DNA of 64,000 bases from Faecalimonas sp. (GCA_045659485.1 JAZOWZ010000067.1:3248-67247), one strand, 5' to 3'; numbered from the stretch's first letter, positions 31,134-40,870 are shown. Numbers and translations: made by a program. Notes: generated by a model not told the origin, from the sequence alone.

Positions 31134-33299
31134 TTATTTCGATGACTGGTTACTTTCCACTTCAGCTGTAATTCCCATTTTCTGTAGCACACGGTGGAAA
31201 TGGTATTCCAAATCTGCTTCTTGAATATTACGGATAAAGTTTACATACATCGTATTTCCATACGAAATAACCCCGCAGTTATATGCACCACTTTCCTGAA
31301 TTCCTAAAATGAAATCCAATCTTTCAATGTAAGGTTTCATGGCCTCTGGCAATTTTGCTGCCCCTAGGTTTGACATACTTAAGCACGATTTTCTCTCTCC
31401 AACCGATTTGAAAACGGCCTTCATTACCATATTTTTTACAAATAGAGGCATCACGCGAATTGCCATAATACGTTCGCTACTTACATTGGTTGCAATCATC
31501 ATGCTCATTCGCTTTGTGGTAACGTCTGTACTCAATTTACTTTTAATCACTTGGCAAATTTCTTCAAAACTATATTCCCCTAATCTCGGTAAGATTTCTG
31601 GCGTTGTATATAACACAAAATTTCGCAGTGTTTTACTCGGGAATAGATTTCGTAGGTTCACTGGAATCAACAATTTGATTGGTTTCCTTCGATTCTGATT
31701 TGAAAATTTTTCTTTCTGGCTATTTTGCATTGCCATCATAATCATTGCGCCTAAAAAGGTGGATAAACTCACACCATAAGCATGCGCTTTTTCTAGCATC
31801 TGGTCCACCGGAAGTTTGAAACATGTATTATTTAAGAAACCACCGAGTTCCAAAGTTCCCTGCATACGCCATGCCGTATTTTCTTTTCGACTAGCAGTCA
31901 GTTTGCCCGCATATTTTTGGAAACTATCTTCCATTTCATCATCCGATGGTTCTTCCAATCTACCCAACACCCCATACTCAGCAGGCACATAGACTCCATA
32001 TTTCTGTTGTATATACTCCGCTAACAAACTTTTTAGGAATACAAGTGCACCGTTTCCGTCTGTCAAAGAGTGGAAAATTTCAATTGCAATTCTCTTCTTG
32101 TATACGAGCACACGTATCGCGCATTTTCCCGTCTCCTTTTTTGACATTCGCGTCAATGGGTAACTGCTATCCCTACGAATCTCTGGAGCGCTTGATAGTT
32201 GTTCTAGATAATACCAGAACATTCCTTTTTGCAAACGCACCGCAATTGCCGGAAAACGTCTAACCGTGACATCCAATGCCGTGCGCAAAACTTCTTCGTC
32301 CACTTCTTCTTTTAGCGTTGCGGACAAACGGAATACATTACTCCAAGTATTTGTTCTAGCTGCTGGATAAATCTTGGCAGCATTGTCAAGACGCATCCAA
32401 CGCAATTTATTCTCTGGAGACATCTCTTGATTCAAAAATTTATTAATGATGGAAAAATCTTTTTTATCTTCTTCCAATCCGTATAATATATATGCATGCC
32501 AACGATCTGGTTTTGTAATGAATCGGCTCTTGCAACCATCTTTCAAAAGTTTCTCATGCATTTCTTTTGCATCACTAAACATAATCTCATTTTCTGCTGC
32601 AAAAATAAGTGATGGCGGCATCTCTTTTATATCTGCAAATAGTGGCGACACAAAAGGATTTTTTAAATCGTTGGTGTAACATTCCGCATAAAATCTAAGA
32701 CGTTCCACTGTCATAGATGGATCTTGCTCACAATTTGCCTTATACGACTCCCCTGATGCAGTCAAATCTGTCCACGGAGAAATCGCAATAATCCCACAAG
32801 GCATTTGCAATTGCATTTCCTGCAATTTTAAGCACAATGCATAGCAAAGCCCTCCACCCGCACTCTCTCCGCAGAGTGTAATGTGCTCTGGCGAGTATCC
32901 CTTTTGCAATAAATACTGATAACTTTCCATCACATCCTCAAGGGCCGCTGGATATGGATTTTCTGGAGCCAATCGATAAGCTACACAAAACACACGTGCT
33001 CCCGCCTTTACCGCTAGCATAGAACCAAATCCCAGGGCATAATCCAATCCACCACAAGTATATCCTCCCCCATGCAGATAGAGAATCACTCCTTGACGCC
33101 TCTCGTCTTTTGGCATCACCCATGCGCCTTTAAATTGTTCAAATGAATGCTCTTTTAGAATGACTTGCTTGCGATACTTCGCTTCCATTAACTCTCCAAT
33201 TTTGTCCTGTCCCTTGCGCAAGGTATCTAAGGAACGATTTTTTAATAATGGAGAAAGCAACGCCATCTGTGAGCGTACTGTTTTTGCTGATATTGCCAT
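31134..33299 (-). CDS. fusion of alpha/beta hydrolase (HSL family) and alcohol acetyltransferase-like domain
   Basis: N-half LHGGGY, YRLAPE, GESAGG; C-half W-RLDNAAKIYP, HSLTDG (HxxxDG), PVNLR, MSNLG. Confidence 0.8.
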   Translation of the reverse strand: MAISAKTVRSQMALLSPLLKNRSLDTLRKGQDKIGELMEAKYRKQVILKEHSFEQFKGAWVMPKDERRQGVILYLHGGGYTCGGLDYALGFGSMLAVKAGARVFCVAYRLAPENPYPAALEDVMESYQYLLQKGYSPEHITLCGESAGGGLCYALCLKLQEMQLQMPCGIIAISPWTDLTASGESYKANCEQDPSMTVERLRFYAECYTNDLKNPFVSPLFADIKEMPPSLIFAAENEIMFSDAKEMHEKLLKDGCKSRFITKPDRWHAYILYGLEEDKKDFSIINKFLNQEMSPENKLRWMRLDNAAKIYPAARTNTWSNVFRLSATLKEEVDEEVLRTALDVTVRRFPAIAVRLQKGMFWYYLEQLSSAPEIRRDSSYPLTRMSKKETGKCAIRVLVYKKRIAIEIFHSLTDGNGALVFLKSLLAEYIQQKYGVYVPAEYGVLGRLEEPSDDEMEDSFQKYAGKLTASRKENTAWRMQGTLELGGFLNNTCFKLPVDQMLEKAHAYGVSLSTFLGAMIMMAMQNSQKEKFSNQNRRKPIKLLIPVNLRNLFPSKTLRNFVLYTTPEILPRLGEYSFEEICQVIKSKLSTDVTTKRMSMMIATNVSSERIMAIRVMPLFVKNMVMKAVFKSVGERKSCLSMSNLGAAKLPEAMKPYIERLDFILGIQESGAYNCGVISYGNTMYVNFIRNIQEADLEYHFHRVLQKMGITAEVESNQSSK

Positions 33300-33323
33300 A
33301 ATTTCTTCTTCCTATTTTTTCAA

Positions 33324-33358
33324 AAGAACCTTGACCGCCAAGCAATCAAGGTTCTTTC
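33324..33358 (-). terminator. terminator downstream of putP
   Basis: AAAGAACCTTGA...TCAAGGTTCTTT hairpin. Confidence 0.65.
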
Positions 33359-33367
33359 GTATATGTA

Positions 33368-34900
33368 TTAGTCATCAATTGCCACGTCTGTAGCGCTTGC
33401 ATAAATTGCTTCCACTTCTTCACTTGGTTTCTTTGTGCAAAGAGAAACGATTACTGCTGCTAAGAAACTTGCGATAAAGCCAGGAAGGATTTCATAGATT
33501 CCAGTTGGTGCAATCAATGCTTCGCGAATGGTATTTGTAAAGCAAAGGAGCCATGCAATATCCACAACTGCACCTACAATAATACCTGCACATGCACCTG
33601 GATAATTCAAACGTTTCCAGAACAATGAAAGTAATACAACTGGTCCAAATGCGGCACCGAATAATCCCCAAGCATTTTCAACCATACTCATAATGCTTCC
33701 TGCCCAACTACTTCCGCTAGATGCTATTAAGAATGCTACGACACTTACAATTGCCACAACAATACGTCCTACCCAAAGAGTCTCTTTCTCTGTCGCTTTA
33801 TTTTTACGAATCAACGGCTTGTACAAATCGCTTGTAAATGACGAAGATGCAACAAGAAGTTGTGAATCCGCTGTTGACATTGCGGCTGCTACAATCGCTG
33901 CCAATAAAAGTCCTGCGATAATTGGTGGGAAAATATCTTGTGCCAATGTAATAAAGATTGTCTCTTGTTTTCCTGCTAATAGAAGTTTTTCTGCCAATGC
34001 TGTTCCACTAGAAAGTAAGAATGTTCTTCCTAAAATAGAAATTGCAATTGCACTACCCAATGTTAGAACTACCCACACAATAGCAACTGTGGATGCCTTT
34101 TTAACTTGTGATGGTTTTTGAATACCCATAAAACGCACAATGATATGTGGCATACCAAAGTATCCAAGTCCCCAAGAAAGTCCTGTTACAATGTCTCTCC
34201 AATCTGCTGTGAGTGGATTACTTTCAAATGCCGTAATTCCATCTGCAAACGCACCCGCAAAAGATGCATCAAATTTTCCTAATGCCATCACAATCGGCAC
34301 TGCAAGTAAAGCAACTAACATCATTAACCCCTGGAAGAAGTCTGTCCAACATACAGCTTTGTATCCTCCCAGGAATGTATAAACTAAAATCAAGATTGCA
34401 AACAATGCCATTGCAAACATTTCTTTATCTGCAAACCAAGGAATGACTGCAACCATTACACTTTTTCCTGCAACAAATGCGGAAGAAACATATACAGTAA
34501 AGCTAATTAAGAAAATCACAGAACATACAATTTTAAGTGCCGGATTTGCTGTTGCAAAACGGTTGGTTAAATATTGTGGTAATGTGATAGAATCACCTGC
34601 TGCTCGCGAAAAACGACGTAAGCGCTTTGCTACAATCAACCAGTTTGCAGTAGTTCCAAGTGCAAGACCAATTCCAATCCACACTTTTCCCATACCAAAC
34701 GCAAGGATACTTCCCGGAAATCCCATCAAGAGCCATCCCGACATATCGGATGCCTGTGCGCTCATAGCGGTTACCCACGGTCCCATCGAACGTCCACCTA
34801 AGAAATATTCTTTTTCTCCCCCATCTTTGGAACGGAAAAAGAAAAATAATCCTACGCCCAAGATCAATATAAAATATAATATAAATGCTAATAGTTGCAT
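33368..34900 (-). CDS. putP: sodium/proline symporter (SSS family)
   Basis: YFLGGR, SAQASDMSGWLLMG, WTDFFQG, GYFGMPHI, AMSTADSQLL. Confidence 0.9.
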   Translation of the reverse strand: MQLLAFILYFILILGVGLFFFFRSKDGGEKEYFLGGRSMGPWVTAMSAQASDMSGWLLMGFPGSILAFGMGKVWIGIGLALGTTANWLIVAKRLRRFSRAAGDSITLPQYLTNRFATANPALKIVCSVIFLISFTVYVSSAFVAGKSVMVAVIPWFADKEMFAMALFAILILVYTFLGGYKAVCWTDFFQGLMMLVALLAVPIVMALGKFDASFAGAFADGITAFESNPLTADWRDIVTGLSWGLGYFGMPHIIVRFMGIQKPSQVKKASTVAIVWVVLTLGSAIAISILGRTFLLSSGTALAEKLLLAGKQETIFITLAQDIFPPIIAGLLLAAIVAAAMSTADSQLLVASSSFTSDLYKPLIRKNKATEKETLWVGRIVVAIVSVVAFLIASSGSSWAGSIMSMVENAWGLFGAAFGPVVLLSLFWKRLNYPGACAGIIVGAVVDIAWLLCFTNTIREALIAPTGIYEILPGFIASFLAAVIVSLCTKKPSEEVEAIYASATDVAIDD

Positions 34901-34977
34901 AAAAATGCTCCTTTCAAATATCAGTTTGGCGCTTTAATACACCATAGTGGGTATTATAATCGAATTTGGATAATTTT

Positions 34978-35766
34978 TCAATAGTAATTTATCTCGATGT
35001 TTCCCGTACTGGTAGTAATCTCGCACTTTCCACCCGTAACTGATTTTGGAACTTTTATTTTTCCAGTGCTTGTTTTCGCAATAAATATCTTTTCTGTAAG
35101 TAGGCTGCCTTTGACATCCCCTGTACTAACTTTGATATTGATTTCGGGAGCATCACATTTTTCAAATTTTACATTCCCGGTAGTTCTCTGAATTGTCATC
35201 GTTTTATTTGCAAGCACATCTTTCATTCTAAGATCACCAGTGCTTCCCTTGGTGCTCATACTGTCACAAACAATTTCTTCTAGTTTGATATCTCCTGTTG
35301 TAACTGAAATATCGAGGGTTTTTAAAGTGAGATTTTGTATCTTGACATCCCCAGTACTTGCTTTTATAGAAAATTTCTCATATTCCTTATTTGGTAAATA
35401 TATCGTTATCTTTTCCTTGTCCCCGAAAGAAATCCCTATATAGCCATACCACTCCTTTGCATTATGCAACTCGATAACAAGCACACCATCCTGCACGGCG
35501 ACAGTATGTTTCATTTTTTCATCTTCCGAGCAAACCACCTTAACTATTTCTTCATCTGTTGGCAAGAAGATAATATCGCTTGTTCCAGTCTGAATAGATA
35601 TGTCACTAAATTCTTCACTTATCTCATGTGTATTTGTCTCGAACTTCACCGTTGACAATTTTGAAAAATCAAATTTTACCATAATCAAATCGCCAACAAT
35701 CATAATGGTTCCTATCAAGAATAAGACCGCAGCTACAATTAGCCACACTTTTGTTCCTCTTTTCAT
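34978..35766 (-). CDS. DUF4097 beta-strand repeat protein
   Basis: N-terminal TM; repeated STGD/TTGD/STGN motifs; PadR-DUF1700-DUF4097 gene order. Confidence 0.8.
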   Translation of the reverse strand: MKRGTKVWLIVAAVLFLIGTIMIVGDLIMVKFDFSKLSTVKFETNTHEISEEFSDISIQTGTSDIIFLPTDEEIVKVVCSEDEKMKHTVAVQDGVLVIELHNAKEWYGYIGISFGDKEKITIYLPNKEYEKFSIKASTGDVKIQNLTLKTLDISVTTGDIKLEEIVCDSMSTKGSTGDLRMKDVLANKTMTIQRTTGNVKFEKCDAPEINIKVSTGDVKGSLLTEKIFIAKTSTGKIKVPKSVTGGKCEITTSTGNIEINYY

Positions 35767-36365
35767 CTCTTATCCTCCTTTTTGACAAACCAATTTTTGA
35801 TCCCCAAAGCCATCTTTTTTGTAAGTAACACGAGCCCCTTTGTAGCACCCTTGCACCCAAAAAGCATAAAAATGGATAAACTAGCACAGATTATTCCTGC
35901 CCCTATCATAAAGATTCCTGCCTCTAAGTGATTGGTAGATATAAATACAATACCTGCTACCACTCCTCCAATAGCGCAACCAATAAAAGATGCTTCCACT
36001 GACCATAGAGAAACGACCACAGACCATATCGCAACATATAGACTCAGTATCACTGCGAATATAGCAATCAATAGGGAGAGCCAAATCGGGGAACCCAGAA
36101 CTAAAAGCACAATCTCCCATACGCTCATTTTTCTTTTCGGTTTTACTCGTTCCTTCACAAGTTTTGCAAGTGGAATTTCAGATATAATTTGCGACACTAC
36201 CTCATCCACTGTGCCAATCTCAGCAATTGCATTCTCTTCCTCAAGACCCTCTTCCATACGGTCATCTATCATTTCTTCATAAAAATCTATCGCACGCCCC
36301 ATATCTTCTTGTGGCAATCCTGATAAACCATCTCGAAGACTTTGTAAAAATTCCTGCTTATTCAT
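35763..36365 (-). CDS. DUF1700 membrane protein
   Basis: MNKQEFL..L...FYEEMIDDRMEEG; C-terminal TMs. Confidence 0.82.
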   Translation of the reverse strand: MNKQEFLQSLRDGLSGLPQEDMGRAIDFYEEMIDDRMEEGLEEENAIAEIGTVDEVVSQIISEIPLAKLVKERVKPKRKMSVWEIVLLVLGSPIWLSLLIAIFAVILSLYVAIWSVVVSLWSVEASFIGCAIGGVVAGIVFISTNHLEAGIFMIGAGIICASLSIFMLFGCKGATKGLVLLTKKMALGIKNWFVKKEDKR

Positions 36366-36678
36366 TATGACTTCCCTCCCTACATACAAACTGGTAAATG
36401 GCCATAACTTCTTTCCACTCTTCTTTGAAATCCTCAATTCTCTTTTGTCCCAGTTTTGTTATGTGATAATATTTTCTCAATCTTCCGTTGTGTTCTGCTG
36501 AACGCACTGTCAACAACTCTGCCGATTCTAATCTTCGCAAAATTGGATACAGCGTTGACTCGGATATTTCTACATAAGGCTTCATATCTTTAATAATCTG
36601 ATATCCATAGGAATCTTCATCTTTAATGGCAGACAATACACACACGTCTAGAAGTCCTCTTTTTAATTGAATGTCCAT
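36358..36678 (-). CDS. PadR family transcriptional regulator
   Basis: QLKRGLLD, YGY, STLYPILRRLE, RKYY-IT. Confidence 0.92.
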   Translation of the reverse strand: MDIQLKRGLLDVCVLSAIKDEDSYGYQIIKDMKPYVEISESTLYPILRRLESAELLTVRSAEHNGRLRKYYHITKLGQKRIEDFKEEWKEVMAIYQFVCREGSHNE

Positions 36679-36773
36679 AGAATACCTCCTTTTACATAAT
36701 ACTATGCCATACATAGTATTATTGTCAAGTATTTTCGCCAAAAATAAAGTCGGTAGGAATCACTCCTACCGAC

Positions 36774-37682
36774 TTATTTTATCTGCTTCGTTATATCTTT
36801 TGGTAATTCAAATACATACTCTGGCCAACCATCTTTGGCATCGTCTATCACTTCCGTCCGCCAATACCATTTCCCCTGATGATACGCCAAACTGATTCTT
36901 GCATATATGACTCCATCTTTACTGCTTTTTTCTAGAGATGCAAATTTTTCAATATCGTCAAAGAATAAGGATCTGTCTTTTTCCAAATCTTCCATCTGGT
37001 AAATATATTCTAAATCTTTCTTACTCATAGATATTGGAATCTTCCTGTCGTTTTCATCTTCATGCATAACTACATACCATTCAAAGTTGTTATCGTCCAA
37101 ATAGTATGTCTCTGCCATTTCTTTGTCATCTTCGTGCACAAACAAATCTCCATTGACATAGACCATCTTCCATTTTGGATGTACGACTGGATAAATCACA
37201 TCTTCCTCGTACTCCATAGTGCTATTGTAATCATAATAAAAAATATCCGCATTATATTCTAGCGAAACATATCGTTCATCTTCATAAGTAATTGTGTCGA
37301 CCACTTCTAGCTCTTTCTCTTTCTCAAACTTTCGTATCTCTCCTCCAAAGTGAATCTCTAGAGTTTCCTCATCCACATATTTGATGACAAGTTTTTTAGA
37401 AAACCCAACTCCGGATGGTTTTAATTTAATCGTTTGATTCTTTGGGGAATATGTATATTCTTCATATAAATCTGAATCATCCACTGGATTTCCACAGGCA
37501 CAATAATAACTAAAGTGCCCGTCTGCGGAAAATCGTAAATACTCTGTGTCTGCCTCCGTGGTTCTTGTCCATTGGACGTCTACAAAATCATACTCGCTAT
37601 AGTCTTTCTTTTCTGCACATCCAACAAGAGCAACGCAAATAGCGAGCAAGCACAAACACGATATTTTTTTCATACTCGTCAT
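36774..37682 (-). CDS. hypothetical lipoprotein
   Basis: LVGC lipobox; acidic; start approximate. Confidence 0.65.
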   Translation of the reverse strand: MTSMKKISCLCLLAICVALVGCAEKKDYSEYDFVDVQWTRTTEADTEYLRFSADGHFSYYCACGNPVDDSDLYEEYTYSPKNQTIKLKPSGVGFSKKLVIKYVDEETLEIHFGGEIRKFEKEKELEVVDTITYEDERYVSLEYNADIFYYDYNSTMEYEEDVIYPVVHPKWKMVYVNGDLFVHEDDKEMAETYYLDDNNFEWYVVMHEDENDRKIPISMSKKDLEYIYQMEDLEKDRSLFFDDIEKFASLEKSSKDGVIYARISLAYHQGKWYWRTEVIDDAKDGWPEYVFELPKDITKQIK

Positions 37683-37735
37683 AACAGTGGCCCTCTTTTC
37701 TATCAAATCTTTACCGAACCTTGCACTAAAATTAT

Positions 37736-39136
37736 TTAATTCCAATAATCTGTCTCGTGTGGCAAATCAATATCATTTTTATGAAAAGTGATATCTCCGC
37801 CCTTTTTCAGCTTTTTCTCATAATCTTTGAGTGTACGTATCGCATACTTACCAAGATACAAGATGATAGGCATATTGATGATGGTCATACCGCCCATAGT
37901 AATATCCGCGATACCCCAAAGCAAGTCTGCACTAAGGCCAGCACCAACAAAAATCACAAGGGATGCTATAACATAACAAATGTTTCTAATGAGTTTGGTC
38001 GGCTCCTTGCCAAGTAGATAATTGATGGTTTTGTCTACATAGTAAAGATTACCAAGCAACGTGGTAAATGCAAACAGTATCATCGCTACTGTGATAAAAA
38101 TAGGTCCCACATTTCCAAGTGTCGCACTCAGCGCATCCTGAACATATGCTGCTGCTTGGTCGCTATTCGTTGGAGGTGTAACACCCGAACTCATACACAT
38201 AAATGCCGTAGCACTACATACAAGTATTGTATCAATAAACACAGACAATACCTGCACCAAGCCCTGTTTTGCAGGATGCGAAACATCCGCTGATGCCGAC
38301 GCATTTGGTGCTGAACCAACACCCGCCTCATTGGAGAACAATCCACGTTTGATTCCATACATCACACACGAACCGCTAAATCCACCAAAAATTGCTTTGA
38401 AATCAAAGGCACCCACAAAAATTTGTTCAAAAACGCTTGGTAACACTTTGATATTGATAATCGATATTGCGATTGCAACGATTATGTAAATAGCCCCCAT
38501 AATTGGCACTAAAAAGCTCGTAACTGCAATAATTCTCTTACCGCCACCGATTAAGCAATAGCCAACAAGCGCTGCGATTACAAATCCTATAATCCACGGT
38601 GTATATGTTTCATTATAAAAACTGTATGGAGAAAATGTTGCTTGTAAATTGTAAGAAGCCAACATATTAAAACCAAATCCATACGTCAAAATCAAAAAGA
38701 TGGAGAATATGATTGATAACCATTTTTTCTTGGTTACCGCTTCTATATAGTAAGCCGGACCACCATAGCAACCATCTTTGCCTCTTTTTTTGTAAATCTG
38801 CGCCAAAGTACTTTCCACAAATGCAGATGCCGCACCGATAATGGCAATCACCCACATCCAGAATACACTACCAAATCCACCCATACAAAGGGCTGTGGCA
38901 ACACCGATGATATTCCCAGTTCCAACGCGAGATGCGGTAGATACCATCAATGCTTGGAAAGAGGATACTCCATTTTTATCTGTCTTTTCTGTGACCGATT
39001 TAAACTGTTCTCCTAGAAGGCGAAATTGGGCAAATCGTGTACGAATCGTAAAGTATATACCTCCCAAGACGAGTAAAATTATAAGCACATAACTATAAAG
39101 TGCATCATTGGTGATGTTAATTATTTTTTCAATCAT
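37736..39136 (-). CDS. alanine/glycine:cation symporter (AGCS family)
   Basis: ASRVGTGNI-GVA, GGPAYY, KRGLFSNEAG-GSAP. TTGTCA...TATACT promoter-like elements upstream. Confidence 0.92.
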   Translation of the reverse strand: MIEKIINITNDALYSYVLIILLVLGGIYFTIRTRFAQFRLLGEQFKSVTEKTDKNGVSSFQALMVSTASRVGTGNIIGVATALCMGGFGSVFWMWVIAIIGAASAFVESTLAQIYKKRGKDGCYGGPAYYIEAVTKKKWLSIIFSIFLILTYGFGFNMLASYNLQATFSPYSFYNETYTPWIIGFVIAALVGYCLIGGGKRIIAVTSFLVPIMGAIYIIVAIAISIINIKVLPSVFEQIFVGAFDFKAIFGGFSGSCVMYGIKRGLFSNEAGVGSAPNASASADVSHPAKQGLVQVLSVFIDTILVCSATAFMCMSSGVTPPTNSDQAAAYVQDALSATLGNVGPIFITVAMILFAFTTLLGNLYYVDKTINYLLGKEPTKLIRNICYVIASLVIFVGAGLSADLLWGIADITMGGMTIINMPIILYLGKYAIRTLKDYEKKLKKGGDITFHKNDIDLPHETDYWN

Positions 39137-39490
39137 TTTTATACCTCAAAACTATATTTTTTACTGCTGTAGTATACCATAAACCTTAAATGTTGACAAT
39201 CGCGTGATTTCAATCATAATGCCTTATCTCATGGTGGTTGACACTATAATGCTTGTTTTCTTTTTTGTTCCTAGATTGACTTTTATGAAATCTCTTGTTA
39301 GGCACTTTACAATCTGCTAATATATTATTATCTCTAAACTTCGGACAAGTTTATTCCTACAATCCTTGTCCACTGCGTTTTAAGACGCATCTGAATTTCA
39401 AGGCAAGTCAGCCACAGATTTCAGTTTTAATGAAAAATGAATAAGGAGTGTGATATCTATGATTGTTGTTAGAATCTGTTGTGTATTCAT

Positions 39491-39531
39491 TGTGTAATTT
39501 TCGTTGCATTTACACATTTGTTGTGTATAAT
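39491..39531 (+). promoter_or_regulatory. hicAB promoter with palindromic operator
   Basis: TTGCAT-16-TATAAT; TACACA-N5-TGTGTA between the boxes; TGTGTAA...TTACACA straddling the -35. Confidence 0.6.
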
Positions 39532-39552
39532 ATTAGATAAGGAGGAATACTG

Positions 39553-39723
39553 TTGAAACAGCGCGATTTAGTGAAAAAACTAAAAAAACTGGGATTTAAA
39601 TTTGAGAGACATGGTGGAAACCATGATATTTACAGACGTGGCTCCGAAATAGAAAAAATTCCAAGACACAAAGAAATAAATGAACAATTGGCTAAAGCTA
39701 TATTAAGAAAGTGGGGATTATAA
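39553..39723 (+). CDS. hicA: HicA toxin (type II TA)
   Basis: Missed by the ORF track (56 aa, TTG start, AAGGAGG RBS): MKQRDLVKKLKKLGFKFERHGGNHDIY...IPRHKEINEQLAKAILRKWGL. Confidence 0.9.
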   Translation: MKQRDLVKKLKKLGFKFERHGGNHDIYRRGSEIEKIPRHKEINEQLAKAILRKWGL

Positions 39724-39725
39724 AT

Positions 39726-40145
39726 ATGAAAAAAATGTATCCTGTAATTTTTACACAAACCAATGATTGTATTCTAGTAGAGGTTCCTGATTTGCAAATT
39801 TTAACAGAAGCTTCTAGTATGGAAAACGCCATTGAAATGGCACGTGATGCCATCTCTGTAACCATTGTATCCATGGAAGATAAGCAAGAAATTATTCCTG
39901 CACCAACGAAAATGTCCGATGTGGATATTACACATAGTACTTTTTCTAATTTAGGAGAAAGTTTTTCTTCTCTAGTAGATGCAGACGTAAATGAATATCG
40001 TAGAAAAATAGAAACAAAACCAGTACGAAGAAATGTTTCTTTACCAAGCTGGTTGAATCATGCGGCTGACATTTCCGGAATCAATGTATCTAAAGTGCTC
40101 CAAGATGCTCTGATAGATGTTCTTGGAATTTCGAAGAAATATTAG
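39726..40145 (+). CDS. hicB: HicB antitoxin
   Basis: YPVIF...VEVPDL..TE...AIEMARDA; C-terminal RHH (VRRNVSLPSWL...INVSKVLQDAL). Confidence 0.9.
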   Translation: MKKMYPVIFTQTNDCILVEVPDLQILTEASSMENAIEMARDAISVTIVSMEDKQEIIPAPTKMSDVDITHSTFSNLGESFSSLVDADVNEYRRKIETKPVRRNVSLPSWLNHAADISGINVSKVLQDALIDVLGISKKY

Positions 40146-40286
40146 CTACAAGCCGCGTACACTCGAAAATGCTTCGCATTTCCTCGTGCACGGCTGTCGC
40201 CGAATAAAAAGGCATAAAAATAGTCGGCCTAGAGTGCAAGCACTCTGACCGACATACTTTATACCTTTTTACACTGCTCGTAGCTA
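40143..40286 (+). repeat. 144-bp palindromic repeat, copy 1 (REP/MITE-like)
   Basis: TAGCTACAAGC...GCTCGTAGCTA termini; near-identical to 55354-55497; overlaps the hicB stop codon. Confidence 0.9.
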
Positions 40287-40289
40287 ACG

Positions 40290-40820
40290 TTCTCACCGCA
40301 AATCTGTTTTATCCTCCACGGGGCAAAAATCTTTATCCTCTCTCCGCTCCGCTCTCTTGCCTATAGGTCCTCCGGACAATAGCCAATCCGCTCCGCTTTT
40401 TCCGTTCTTTCTCTTTCCCTTTTCTCATCCCATTTCATCTCTTCTTTTTCTTTTCTCTCTCTTTTCCAAATCTGAAATGAAGGTCGTCTTTTTCTCTTTC
40501 TTTTCCATCCGATTTCTCTTTCTCTATCGGCTAATCGACGGCAGAAAGCCTTTATTTACGCCGTTTTCTAGTGTTTTTCAAAAAATAAGATGTGGTCATG
40601 GAACTAATTCTTCAGGTTCTTTTCTTTCTTTTACGCCTGAAAACAAATGCCGAGAAGGAGCCGTCGTAACCATTCGTTTTCCGATACCCCAAGGGTAATG
40701 ACGGGTACAAAAAAAGAACCCGAATCGAACAAAAAATTGTTCAATCAAGGTTCTTTCTATATTTCTTTTCAGGATAAAAACTTTTGCCCTTTACAGGCTA
40801 AAGTCGTTTGTCCTTTAACA
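40290..40820. mobile_element. candidate transposon-end remnant / non-autonomous element with paired 20-bp sites at both ends
   Basis: Sites at 40296-40315 and 40320-40339 (+) mirror 40795-40814 and 40771-40790 (-), with 4-bp spacing in each pair. Right terminus reads TGTTAAAG-GACAA on the minus strand. Confidence 0.4.
40709..40756 (-). terminator. intrinsic terminator (minus strand)
   Basis: AAAGAACC-TTG-ATTGAACAA..TTGTTCGAT-TCG-GGTTCTTTTTTT. Confidence 0.65.
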
Positions 40821-40841
40821 TATAGTCAACCTTGTAGGCAT

Positions 40842-40870
40842 ATTATACGTCTGAAGAGGTAGTGGCGCAA
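40842..40870 (-). promoter_or_regulatory. sigma-A-like promoter just downstream of the HNH gene, with no ORF behind it
   Basis: TTGCGC-17-TATAAT on the minus strand. Confidence 0.5.

Noticed and set aside
39137-39460. Glycine riboswitch upstream of the Ala/Gly symporter
   Set aside because: No GGAGA...CCGAAG...CTCTCAGG aptamer on the minus strand, and the apparent promoter is only ~40 bp from the start codon.
40760-40835. c-di-GMP-I riboswitch (GGACAAA...GCCTGTAAAGGGC)
   Set aside because: Lacks the GCAAA...GAAA tetraloop/receptor two-stem layout; better explained by the paired 20-bp sites.
40090-40862. ORFs 40090-40296, 40357-40698 and 40647-40862
   Set aside because: They fall in the repeat or low-complexity pyrimidine tract; F/S-rich translations without RBS.
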